64,000 bases of DNA from Alphaproteobacteria bacterium (lineage in GTDB: Bacteria; Pseudomonadota; Alphaproteobacteria; JBFXJJ01): the NCBI GenBank assembly GCA_050175015.1, contig JBFXJJ010000002.1, forward strand, positions 193,995 to 257,994, in the 5' to 3' direction. A program made the position numbers and the translations under genes. Below are positions 29,999 through 39,044 of this stretch, one piece after another (position 1 is the stretch's first letter; each line of letters starts with the position of its first letter). The notes under the pieces were generated by a model. It worked only from the letters and a program-made list of their open reading frames with translations. It was not told where the DNA came from and searched no databases.

Positions 29999-30757
29999 TC
30001 ATCTTAGTTTAAATATAAGTTTTTGATCCGCCGAATCGAGCGCAGTTTCTGCCGTATCTCTGTCGTTAACTTCATAGGTGCCAAAATGGAAACTACAGTC
30101 AAATTTATGTCCCTCGCTAATAAATTTTTCATTCAAACGCGACATAATTTGAAACGCTCTTTCTTGGGCATCAATATTTGCTAAAAGCGGCATAACAACG
30201 CCAATGGTCGCTCCACCTAAAAAGCCTACAACTTCACTTGCTTTTTTTATATCTTGAAAAGTATCAATAATCACCGAGAATCTCTGAAAAGATTTTTTTA
30301 GCCCATCGGATTTACGCCAATGGTAAAAATCATCACAGAAAAAAACACCAACCGAACATTTAAATCCAACATTTTTACTATGTTCAATTCTGCGAGAAAA
30401 CTCCCTTATAAAAGCAGCTCGGTTCATAACTGAAAAAATACTATCAGAATCAACCTGCTTTTCTAAGAAATTACTCCTAGCTACAGCTTGCTGCGTCTGC
30501 TTTCTTAAAAAATCCAACTGATCGAGCAAAGAAGAAACCGCATCTTTTATCTCAGCATTAATCGCGCCAGGAGATATCCCTAAAATAGACGCAATATCAC
30601 CGCCGCTTCTCTCTTTTGCGGCGACAGCTTTCTCGGTTTCCATATAAGGATTTCGCTTACCCGATTCGGAAAAATTTTGATGTTCGTCCTGCCAATTACT
30701 CTGAGAAACACCGTCTGTTTTTGAAATTTCATTCATATATTGGTTCCAAAAAAACAC
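29999..30757 (-). CDS. Degenerate GGDEF-domain protein
   Basis: Coiled coil then DSDSIFSVMNRAAF (cf. DxLTGLxNRRxF), FLGGATI in place of RxGGDEF, ALDSADQKL. Confidence 0.65.
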   Translation of the reverse strand: MFFWNQYMNEISKTDGVSQSNWQDEHQNFSESGKRNPYMETEKAVAAKERSGGDIASILGISPGAINAEIKDAVSSLLDQLDFLRKQTQQAVARSNFLEKQVDSDSIFSVMNRAAFIREFSRRIEHSKNVGFKCSVGVFFCDDFYHWRKSDGLKKSFQRFSVIIDTFQDIKKASEVVGFLGGATIGVVMPLLANIDAQERAFQIMSRLNEKFISEGHKFDCSFHFGTYEVNDRDTAETALDSADQKLIFKLR

Positions 30758-30952
30758 ATTTAAACCTTATTTTAATCACCAAAACTTAAAAAACAGATAA
30801 AATTCTGCAAAAAATTTGAAAAAGTATCTTTCTATTTGAGATAAAAAAAAATATAATGGAAAAAATCAAAAGCTTTCATGAATATTTTCTTTCATGAAAG
30901 TTTTGTTTTTTATGTTAACAGGCCTCTGGCCTACAATTTGGAGGATAAGACC

Positions 30953-31159
30953 ATAGTTCAAGTAACTGTTCGTGGCAATAACGTTGATCAAGCATTGAAA
31001 GCATTAAAAAAGAAAATGCAACGTGAAGGCCTTTTTCGTGAAATGAAACTTCGCCGCAATTATGAAAAACCTTCTGAAAAGAAAGCTCGTGAAAAAGCTG
31101 AAGCTATTCGTAGATCTCGCAAGCTTGAACGTAAACGTCTTGAAAGAGACGGATTTTAG
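30953..31159 (+). CDS. rpsU: 30S ribosomal protein S21
   Basis: [25 protein letters not shown]...YEKPSEK; GGAGG at 30940-30944 precedes in-frame ATA at 30953 (start uncertain). Confidence 0.95.
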   Translation: MVQVTVRGNNVDQALKALKKKMQREGLFREMKLRRNYEKPSEKKAREKAEAIRRSRKLERKRLERDGF

Positions 31160-31217
31160 GCTTTGCCAATTAACCTGCTTTAGTTAACTAATTAAAGCAG
31201 TTTAGATAGCCGCATCG

Positions 31218-31258
31218 AAACCTGCTCTTGTTATATTTTGTAACAAGCGGGTTTTTTG
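31218..31258 (+). terminator. Terminator after rpsU
   Basis: aaacctgc-tcttgtta...taacaagcgggtttttt imperfect stem with T tail. Confidence 0.55.
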
Positions 31259-31522
31259 TGTTTGTTTTTTGTATCTTTTTATCAAGAGAGCTTTGAAAAA
31301 TAAGAGTCTTATAAAAATTCTTAGAGGTCTTTGCTTTTGGGTGAGCCTTGAAATGACGATTATTTATAATGTGCGCAATTACATAAAACTTTACTAAGGT
31401 AAAAAAATATTGCGTCACAATTTAAAGCTTTTTTTAAAATCATCAACCTGCGAAGCAATATACATCAAACAAATATAAAATGCTCTAAATCACTATACGC
31501 TTTAAATTCAACAAACCATTAA

Positions 31523-32131
31523 TTATTTTTCAGCAAGATATTTGCCTAACTTATACGCTCTTTTTATAAAGTATTTTTCTTGGTTAGTGCTGGCAGCAAA
31601 GGCTTTGCTTTTACCAAAGCCTGCCATTTTAGCAACCAGTTTTAACAAAAGCATTGGATAAAGAGATAAAAGAAATATTTTATTCAAAGGATATGGGCAA
31701 TCAGTAGAAACTATAACTCCGCTTTTTTTCTTACTATTAGCCTTATTCCTTGCCCTAGGATACGAGTTGTTGGGATAATATGATAAAGATATTGTTCTTT
31801 CGATAAATCTCTTCATCAATGCCGTCGTTCCCATATAATATACAGGTGATGCCAAAACCAACCTATCGGCATCTAACATATCATTGATAATTTGAGAAAC
31901 ATCATCTTTATTTACACAAGAACCGACACTTTCATTTTGATTATTACGACCGCATTCTTTACAACCGGTACAAAACTCTATTTTAGCATCTAACAGGTCT
32001 ATGACCTTTACTTCATTATCACTTTGCCCTTGGCAAAAACCTTCAGCAACTTGATCTATCAAAGAGGCAATAAAACCTCCTTTGTGATAAGAACCTTTGA
32101 TAATTAATAATTTCATTCTCATAAACCTCAC
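31523..32131 (-). CDS. Flavodoxin-family / iron-sulfur flavoprotein (NADPH-dependent FMN reductase fold)
   Basis: IIKGSYHKGG, CTGCKEC...CVNKDD, LVLASPVY, MKRFIER. Confidence 0.85.
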   Translation of the reverse strand: MRFMRMKLLIIKGSYHKGGFIASLIDQVAEGFCQGQSDNEVKVIDLLDAKIEFCTGCKECGRNNQNESVGSCVNKDDVSQIINDMLDADRLVLASPVYYMGTTALMKRFIERTISLSYYPNNSYPRARNKANSKKKSGVIVSTDCPYPLNKIFLLSLYPMLLLKLVAKMAGFGKSKAFAASTNQEKYFIKRAYKLGKYLAEK

Positions 32132-32146
32132 AAAAAGGTGTCTTTG

Positions 32147-32968
32147 TTATTTTTCTTTTATGTGAACATCTGTTTGAGGGAAAGGAATTGTAAGCCCAGC
32201 CTCTTCAATTTTCTCTTTAACGAGCTTATTCATATCCCAATAAATATTCCAATAATCACTGCTCTTTGCCCAAACTCTTAACTGTAAGTTGACACTGCTA
32301 TCTCCTAGCGAGCTTACCATAAACTGAGGTTCTGGGTCTTTTAATAGCCGCTCATCTTTTGAGACAATATCCCGTAGAACTTTAATGCCATCATCAATAG
32401 AATCATCATATGAAATTCCCACAACGATATTTAGTCTGCGCTTCGTATTAAAAGAATAATTGCGAATCTCGCTTCCCCATAAAGTATTGTTAGGAGCCGA
32501 AATGTAAATTCCATCTGGAGTTTCTAAAATTGTTGTAAAAATATTTATCTCTTTAATAGTGCCCCCTATTCCCCCGCACTCAATATAATCTCCCGAACGA
32601 AACGGCCTTAAAAACAAAAGCATTATTCCCGCAGCGATGTTTTGCAAGGTATCTTTTAGTGCCAAACCGATTGCAACACCAGCAGCACCGATCAGAGCAA
32701 TAAAACTGTTTGTGTTAACCCCAAAAATATCAAGAATTATAATTAAGCCAACGATATATATTAAATAAGTAACCGAGCTTTTTAAGATTGGAACAAGGGT
32801 TTCATCTAATTTTTCAAATTTCTTATTAGCCCTGTCTATAGAGTTTTGCATAACTTTTGCAGCAAGCTTGCTTACAACTAAAATAACTATAACTAAAAAA
32901 AGGTTATAGGATAAACCTATTATTTTTTCTGAGTATTCACTCCAATATTTAACCACGTAATCAAGCAT
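32147..32968 (-). CDS. mscS: Small-conductance mechanosensitive channel
   Basis: GAAGVAIGLALKDTLQNIAAG, RPFRSGD, VGISYD, LGDSSVN, IPFPQ. Confidence 0.94.
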   Translation of the reverse strand: MLDYVVKYWSEYSEKIIGLSYNLFLVIVILVVSKLAAKVMQNSIDRANKKFEKLDETLVPILKSSVTYLIYIVGLIIILDIFGVNTNSFIALIGAAGVAIGLALKDTLQNIAAGIMLLFLRPFRSGDYIECGGIGGTIKEINIFTTILETPDGIYISAPNNTLWGSEIRNYSFNTKRRLNIVVGISYDDSIDDGIKVLRDIVSKDERLLKDPEPQFMVSSLGDSSVNLQLRVWAKSSDYWNIYWDMNKLVKEKIEEAGLTIPFPQTDVHIKEK

Positions 32969-33258
32969 AATTTCACCTTAAAAATGTTATAAGATATTAA
33001 AATAACTTTGTAATCCCGCTCTATTAATATCGTTCTAAGCCACAATTATTATAAAAAAAGATAAGTTTTAAAAGTTATTTTTTTGATTAAACTAAATTAA
33101 AGCGGTATTCATTTAATCGGTACGCTTTTATTTTGCCTTACGATAAATGACTGCTAACTGTATTGTTTTTAGCAAAATTCACACCATTAAAATAAGTATA
33201 ATTAAATGAAAAACACCCTAAAAACTTTATTTATAAAAAACAGCGCTTTCCAAACAAT

Positions 33259-33290
33259 AAAAAAGGGCTAGCTAATTTAAGCTAACCCTT
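33259..33290 (-). terminator. Terminator after tRNA-Val
   Basis: aaaaaagggctagct...agctaacccttt. Confidence 0.65.
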
Positions 33291-33299
33291 TGTTTTTAT

Positions 33300-33375
33300 T
33301 GGTAGGCGATGACAGGCTCGAACTGCCGACCCTCTCGGTGTAAACGAGATGCTCTTCCAACTGAGCTAATCGCCC
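33300..33375 (-). tRNA. tRNA-Val (TAC)
   Basis: GGGCGATTAGCTCAGTTGGAAGAGC...TT-TAC-AC...GTTCGAGCC...CGCCTACCA. Confidence 0.97.
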
Positions 33376-33385
33376 TCACCCATTG

Positions 33386-33443
33386 TTGATTTTTAAAAAC
33401 AACACATGCCATATCTTATAACAGGTGTTGTTTTTAAAATCAA
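33386..33443. repeat. Long inverted repeat between hup and tRNA-Val
   Basis: ttgatttttaaaaacaacac ... gtgttgtttttaaaatcaa (about 19-bp stem with one extra T). Confidence 0.7.
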
Positions 33444-33456
33444 ATTAATTAATAAA

Positions 33457-33729
33457 TTAATTAACAGCTTCTTTTAAACCTTTACCTGGTTTAAATTTTG
33501 GTCTTTTTGAAGCAGGAATGGTGATTTCCTGACGAGTGCGAGGATTACGACCTTTTGTAGCAGCACGTTCAGCTACACTAAAAGTGCCAAAGCCTACGAG
33601 ACGTACTTCTTCGGCTTTTTTAAGTGATATTGTAATTGCTGCAAACAATGCATCTGTAGCTTTTGCAGCGTCAGTTTTTGAAAGCCCAGATTTTTTTGCA
33701 ACTTCAGATACGAGATCGTTTTTATTCAC
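33457..33729 (-). CDS. hupB: DNA-binding protein HU
   Basis: MNKNDLV, VRLVGFGTF, GRNPRT, PKFKPGKGLKEAVN; GTG start with AAAGGA RBS. Confidence 0.96.
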   Translation of the reverse strand: MNKNDLVSEVAKKSGLSKTDAAKATDALFAAITISLKKAEEVRLVGFGTFSVAERAATKGRNPRTRQEITIPASKRPKFKPGKGLKEAVN

Positions 33730-34084
33730 TGTATAATTCCTTTAATTAATATGTTGTAACAATAAAAATGATTCTTTACTTAAGTAGAACCATAGACTGT
33801 ATTGTAAAACAGCTTTTTTATGATAGTCAACCATTTCAAACAGCGCAAAGCCTAGAAAATCGGATTTTTTCTATAGATACACACAATTTTACAAACAAAT
33901 AGTTGTTTTTGCATACAAGAAACACTTCAAAAAATCTCGAATCTGATAACAAATGGCTGTATCAAGCCAAAAACGGCTTATAGAAATGACCACGAATCAA
34001 CCGTTGTCATTCTAAGATTTTTTGATTTTTTGAGAGTGTTTTTTTGAGTTAAAAAGATTCCCAAACAAAGAACAGATTATATTT

Positions 34085-34338
34085 TAGAGCATCTGACGTT
34101 TAAATGTATTCATTCTGACGAAATAAAAAGCCTTGGTATCAAGAACTTTTGTGATGGCGTGCTTAATGCTATCTCTAGCAAAAGGTTACGATATAACAGA
34201 GCTTTTTTATTCGTCCCTTAATGGTTAAAGGGCGGTATCGTGGTTCTTGATAGTAAAATAATCTGCGAGCCTCTATCTTTCGGATTGCCTCGCTAAATGA
34301 CTAACAGAACTGGACATATTTAAACGCCAGACGATCCA
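34085..34338. mobile_element. Decayed MITE-like element with 28-bp imperfect terminal inverted repeats
   Basis: Left tagagcatctgacgtttaaatgtattca vs reverse complement of right end tggatcgtctggcgtttaaatatgtcca (21/28); internal inverted repeats; no ORF. Confidence 0.5.
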
Positions 34339-34437
34339 AGACAAGTATACCTAACTTTAAAATTTGTTATTTTTCTATACCTAGTGATTTATAAAAGCGG
34401 CAAAATACTTTTTAAAATGCTTTGCTATAAATTATTG

Positions 34438-34474
34438 AAAAAAAGCCCTTAAGATTTTTAGATCTAAGGGCTTT
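34438..34474 (-). terminator. Terminator after lon
   Basis: aaaaaaagcccttaagat...atctaagggcttt. Confidence 0.75.
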
Positions 34475-34504
34475 CTTCTAAATTATATAACGCTATTTGT
34501 TGAT

Positions 34505-36931
34505 TTAATGAGTTAGGATAGCATCATCTTCTTCATTATTATGAAGAGGAACAACTTTTGCTTTATCTTCATCATCATCTTCTTCAATATCTGTCCAAGG
34601 AATAGGAGCAAGCGGAGCAGTCAAAGCATTCTTTAAAACTTCCTCAATATAAGAAACAGGAATAATTTTAAGTCCTTCTTTAACGTTATCTGGAATTTCT
34701 TCTAAATCTTTTTCATTTTCCTTTGGTATCAAGACCGTTTTAATACCGCCTCTAAGCGCTGCCAACATTTTTTCTTTAAGTCCACCAATAGGAAGAACTC
34801 TGCCACGTAAAGTAATTTCACCTGTCATAGCGACATCTTTTTTTACAGGAATCTTTGTTAAACAAGATACCAAAGATGTACACATCGCAACACCTGCCGA
34901 AGGACCGTCTTTTGGAGTTGCGCCTTCGGGAACGTGAATATGAATATCGTATTTTTCAATATTCTTAGATTTCAAACCAAACATAAAAGCATTAGCTTTA
35001 ACATAAGAACGAGCAGCTTCAATAGATTCTTTCATAACATCGCCGAGCTGACCAGTATGGATAATTCGTCCTTTGCCTGGCATTGTCAGCGCTTCTATTG
35101 ATAGAAGCTCTCCACCAACCTCTGTCCAAGCCATACCAGTTGTAATTCCAACCAAATCTTTTTTCTCGATTTGACCAAAACTATATTTCTTAACCCCTAA
35201 AAACTTAGAAAGGTTACGAGTTGTAATGCTTACGCTTTTAACTTTGGTAAGCAAAAGCTCTTTTACAACTTTACGGCACAATTTTGCCATCTCTCTTTCC
35301 AAATTACGAACGCCAGATTCTTTAGTGTAATAACGAATAGCATCTCTAACTGCTGTTTCAGAAATAGAGATCTCTTTATCGTTAAGCCCGCAAGCTTTAA
35401 TGTGCTTTGGAATTAAGTGCCTAATCGCAATTTGAACCTTTTCTTCTTCGGTATAGCCTGAAATTCTAATAATTTCCATTCTATCGAGCAAAGGTTTTGG
35501 CATTTTTAACGTATTTGCTGTAGTAATGAACATAACTTCAGACAAATCATAATCTATTTCAAGATAGTGATCATTAAACGTTGCATTCTGCTCTGGATCC
35601 AAAACCTCCAACAATGCTGAAGATGGATCGCCACGCCAATCATTGCCGAGCTTGTCAACTTCATCAAGCAGAAATAATGGATTAGATGTTTTGGCTTTGC
35701 GCAGGCATTTGATAATTTTGCCTGGCATTGAACCAATATATGTTCTGCGGTGACCTCTAATTTCAGCTTCATCACGCATACCGCCTAACGATGCTCTAAC
35801 AAAATTACGGCCAGTTGCTCTTGCAATAGATTCACCTAAAGATGTTTTGCCAACACCAGGAGGGCCAACTAAGCACAGGATAGGGCCTCTAACCTTTTTG
35901 GTTTTATTTTGAACTGCTAAAAACTCAACAATACGTTCTTTTACTTTTTCCAAGCCATAATGATCGGTATCAAGTATTTTTTGCGCTTCAGCAATATCAT
36001 GACGAATCTTGCTGTGTTTTTTCCAAGGGAGACCTAAAACCCAATCCAAAAAGTTTCTAATAACCGTTGCTTCCGCAGACATTGGAGACATATGCTTAAG
36101 CTTTTTAAGTTCAGCTTGAGCCTTTTCTTTAGCCTCTTTTGACATTGGAGTCTTTTTAATCTTTTTAGTTAACTCTTCAATCTCATTGCCGTCTTCTTCT
36201 TCTCCGAGTTCTTTTTGAATAGCCTTTAGCTGCTCATTGAGATAGTAATCTCTCTGGCTTTTTTCCATCTGTTTTTTAACACGGCGCCTAATTCTTTTTT
36301 CAACTTGGAGAACGCTGATTTCAGCTTCCATATGACCAAAAACCAACTCCAAACGCTCGTTGATAGACTCTGTCTCAAGCAATTCTTGTTTTTCGGCTAT
36401 TTTCAAAGGCAAATGAGATGAAATTGCATCAGCTAATTTGTTAGGATCATCAATTTGGCTGATAGAAACTAAAACTTCAGGCGGAATCTTTTTATTAAGT
36501 TTAATATACTGCTCAAATTGAACCACAACCGTTCTTTGCAAAGCTTCGAGTTCTTCAGAATTATTAACTTTTTCTTCAATTGTTTCAACTTCAGCTTCTA
36601 GAAAGTTTTCGTTATCAGTAAAATTAACAATCTTAGCCCTAGAACCACCTTCAACTAAAACCTTAACCGTTCCATCTGGAAGTTTTAAAAGCTGTAAAAC
36701 AGAGCTAACGGTTCCTATTTTATAAACGTCACCACTTTTAGGGTCATCAACAGCTGAGTCCTTTTGAGAAACAAGCATAATCTGCTTGTCATTGTTCATA
36801 ACTTCATAAAGAGCCGTTACAGATTTTTCTCTGCCAACAAAAAGAGGCACAATCATTCTAGGAAAAACAACAATATCTCTTAAGGGAAGAATTGGTAAAA
36901 TATTTTTATTAGAATTCTCTGATGACACCAC
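34505..36931 (-). CDS. lon: ATP-dependent Lon protease
   Basis: LPLRDIVVFP, GPPGVGKTS, LLDEVDK, PKDGPSAG, IGGLKEK. Confidence 0.99.
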   Translation of the reverse strand: MVSSENSNKNILPILPLRDIVVFPRMIVPLFVGREKSVTALYEVMNNDKQIMLVSQKDSAVDDPKSGDVYKIGTVSSVLQLLKLPDGTVKVLVEGGSRAKIVNFTDNENFLEAEVETIEEKVNNSEELEALQRTVVVQFEQYIKLNKKIPPEVLVSISQIDDPNKLADAISSHLPLKIAEKQELLETESINERLELVFGHMEAEISVLQVEKRIRRRVKKQMEKSQRDYYLNEQLKAIQKELGEEEDGNEIEELTKKIKKTPMSKEAKEKAQAELKKLKHMSPMSAEATVIRNFLDWVLGLPWKKHSKIRHDIAEAQKILDTDHYGLEKVKERIVEFLAVQNKTKKVRGPILCLVGPPGVGKTSLGESIARATGRNFVRASLGGMRDEAEIRGHRRTYIGSMPGKIIKCLRKAKTSNPLFLLDEVDKLGNDWRGDPSSALLEVLDPEQNATFNDHYLEIDYDLSEVMFITTANTLKMPKPLLDRMEIIRISGYTEEEKVQIAIRHLIPKHIKACGLNDKEISISETAVRDAIRYYTKESGVRNLEREMAKLCRKVVKELLLTKVKSVSITTRNLSKFLGVKKYSFGQIEKKDLVGITTGMAWTEVGGELLSIEALTMPGKGRIIHTGQLGDVMKESIEAARSYVKANAFMFGLKSKNIEKYDIHIHVPEGATPKDGPSAGVAMCTSLVSCLTKIPVKKDVAMTGEITLRGRVLPIGGLKEKMLAALRGGIKTVLIPKENEKDLEEIPDNVKEGLKIIPVSYIEEVLKNALTAPLAPIPWTDIEEDDDEDKAKVVPLHNNEEDDAILTH

Positions 36932-36995
36932 TTTTAAAAACCCTCTTTAAATTTTTATTTTAATATTTTAAACCACCGCAAAGTAAGCTTTACTT

Positions 36996-38261
36996 CTAAG
37001 CGCTGCTTCCCATATTAGCTTTTTGTTCCGAATAAATTAAAATTGGAGCAACTTTTCCATCGACTACATCTTTGTTAATTACAATTTCGCGTACATTTTC
37101 TTCACTAGGAAGGGTATACATTGTATCAAGAAGAATACCTTCAAGAATCGAACGCAGTCCTCTTGCTCCTGTTTTACGTTTAATTGTTTTTTTCGCAACT
37201 TCAGTTAAAGCATCTTCCGTAAAATTAAGTTCAACATCTTCCATATTAAATAATGATTGATATTGTTTAACCAATGCATTTTTAGGCTGAGTTAAAATTT
37301 CAATTAAAGCTGCCTCATCAAGGTCATCAAGCGTTGCAATAATTGGAAGTCTTCCGATAGTTTCAGGAATAAGACCAAACTTTAGCAAATCTTCTGGTTC
37401 AACTTCGGTTAAAATTTCACCTGTTCTTCTTTCTTCTGGAGCAATAACTTTAGCTCCAAATCCTATAGAAGTACCGCGCCCTCTTTGAGAAATAATTTTT
37501 TCAAGTCCTGCAAAAGCGCCGCCACAGATAAATAAAATATTGGTTGTATCAACTTGCAAAAACTCCTGTTGGGGGTGTTTTCTGCCGCCTTGAGGAGGAA
37601 CAGAAGCAACCGTGCCTTCCATTATTTTTAATAATGCCTGCTGTACACCTTCACCAGAAACATCTCTTGTTATTGATGGATTATCTGATTTTCTAGAAAT
37701 TTTATCAAACTCATCAATATAAACAATCCCGCGTTTAGCTCTTTCAATATCATAATCAGCGGCTTGAAGCAGCTTCAGAATAATATTTTCAACGTCTTCA
37801 CCAACATAACCAGCTTCAGTAAGCGTTGTTGCATCAGCTATTGTAAAAGGAACATCTAAAATGCGGGCTAAAGTTTGAGCTAAAAGAGTTTTGCCACAAC
37901 CTGTTGAACCAATAAGAAGAATATTTGATTTTGAAACTTCAACTTCTCCCCCTTTGGATAAGTTTTCAAGCCTTTTATAATGGTTATAAACTGCCACGGA
38001 CAACACTTTTTTAGCGTGTTCTTGACCAATAACATAATTATCAAGAAAGTTTCTAATTTCCTTAGGGGTTGGCAAACCCTTTTTAGAATTTACGACCTGA
38101 TTCTTTTGCTCTTCACGAATAATATCCATACATAATTCAACACATTCATCACAGATGAAAACTGTTGGACCCGCAATAAGCTTTTTTACTTCGTGCTGAC
38201 TTTTACCACAAAAAGAACAGTACAAAGTATTCTTTGAATCACTACCTGTTGTCTTAGCCAT
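36996..38261 (-). CDS. clpX: Clp protease ATP-binding subunit ClpX
   Basis: CSFCGK...CDECVELC zinc finger, [25 protein letters not shown] loop. Confidence 0.99.
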   Translation of the reverse strand: MAKTTGSDSKNTLYCSFCGKSQHEVKKLIAGPTVFICDECVELCMDIIREEQKNQVVNSKKGLPTPKEIRNFLDNYVIGQEHAKKVLSVAVYNHYKRLENLSKGGEVEVSKSNILLIGSTGCGKTLLAQTLARILDVPFTIADATTLTEAGYVGEDVENIILKLLQAADYDIERAKRGIVYIDEFDKISRKSDNPSITRDVSGEGVQQALLKIMEGTVASVPPQGGRKHPQQEFLQVDTTNILFICGGAFAGLEKIISQRGRGTSIGFGAKVIAPEERRTGEILTEVEPEDLLKFGLIPETIGRLPIIATLDDLDEAALIEILTQPKNALVKQYQSLFNMEDVELNFTEDALTEVAKKTIKRKTGARGLRSILEGILLDTMYTLPSEENVREIVINKDVVDGKVAPILIYSEQKANMGSSA

Positions 38262-38386
38262 ATCAAAAAATCCTAAAATAACAAAAAAACAAGACTATTA
38301 ACCAACTGCTACCTTGTTAACGGCACCAAAATAAACCAAATATATAACAAAAAGGTTAACGCTTTTTTGATAAAAGTAAATTTTTA

Positions 38387-39025
38387 TTACTTATCCTCTT
38401 TGGCCATATCTGGTCGTGCTTGAACAACCTCATCAATAATACCAAATTTAACAGCATCTTCTGGAGACATAAAGTTGTCACGTTCCATCGCCTTTTCAAT
38501 TACATCAAGCTCTTGTCCTGTATGCTTAACATAGATTTGATTAAGTCTGCCCTTTAAAGATAAGATTTCTTTAGCGTGAATCTCAATATCAGTTGCCTGA
38601 CCTCTAAAACCACCAGAAGGCTGGTGTATCATTATTCTTGAATTAGGAAGAGAGAATCTTTTGCCTTTTTCTCCTCCAGCTAGCAATAAAGATCCCATAG
38701 AAGCAGCCTGTCCGATACAAACGGTTGAAACAGGACAGCGGATATACTGCATTGTATCATACATCGCCATACCAGAGGTAACGACGCCTCCAGGAGAATT
38801 AATATATAAGGAGATATCTTTGTTAGGATTCTCTGATTCTAAGAATAGAAGCTGAGCACAAACCAACGATGAAATGCCGTCTTGAACTTCACCACAAAGA
38901 AAGATAATGCGTTCTTTTAATAATCTAGAATAAATATCATAAGAACGCTCTCCTCTTGAAGTCTGCTCAACCACAATCGGAACTAACACACTGTTATAAA
39001 CCTCAAGAGGATCTCTTTCTAACAT
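38387..39025 (-). CDS. clpP: Clp protease proteolytic subunit
   Basis: [31 protein letters not shown]. Confidence 0.99.
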   Translation of the reverse strand: MLERDPLEVYNSVLVPIVVEQTSRGERSYDIYSRLLKERIIFLCGEVQDGISSLVCAQLLFLESENPNKDISLYINSPGGVVTSGMAMYDTMQYIRCPVSTVCIGQAASMGSLLLAGGEKGKRFSLPNSRIMIHQPSGGFRGQATDIEIHAKEILSLKGRLNQIYVKHTGQELDVIEKAMERDNFMSPEDAVKFGIIDEVVQARPDMAKEDK

Positions 39026-39044
39026 TAAATATCTCCGTTAATAA

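Noticed and set aside
30878-30952. N-terminal extension of S21 in the ORF track
   Set aside because: No homology to S21 and contains the real SD; likely untranslated leader
31188-31418. 76-aa intergenic ORF on the minus strand
   Set aside because: GTG start, no RBS, runs through terminator hairpins, no recognisable motif
31448-31487. AAATGCTCTA, resembling the right end of a TAGAGCAT-type MITE
   Set aside because: No convincing matching left end in the spacer; too short for an AT-rich genome
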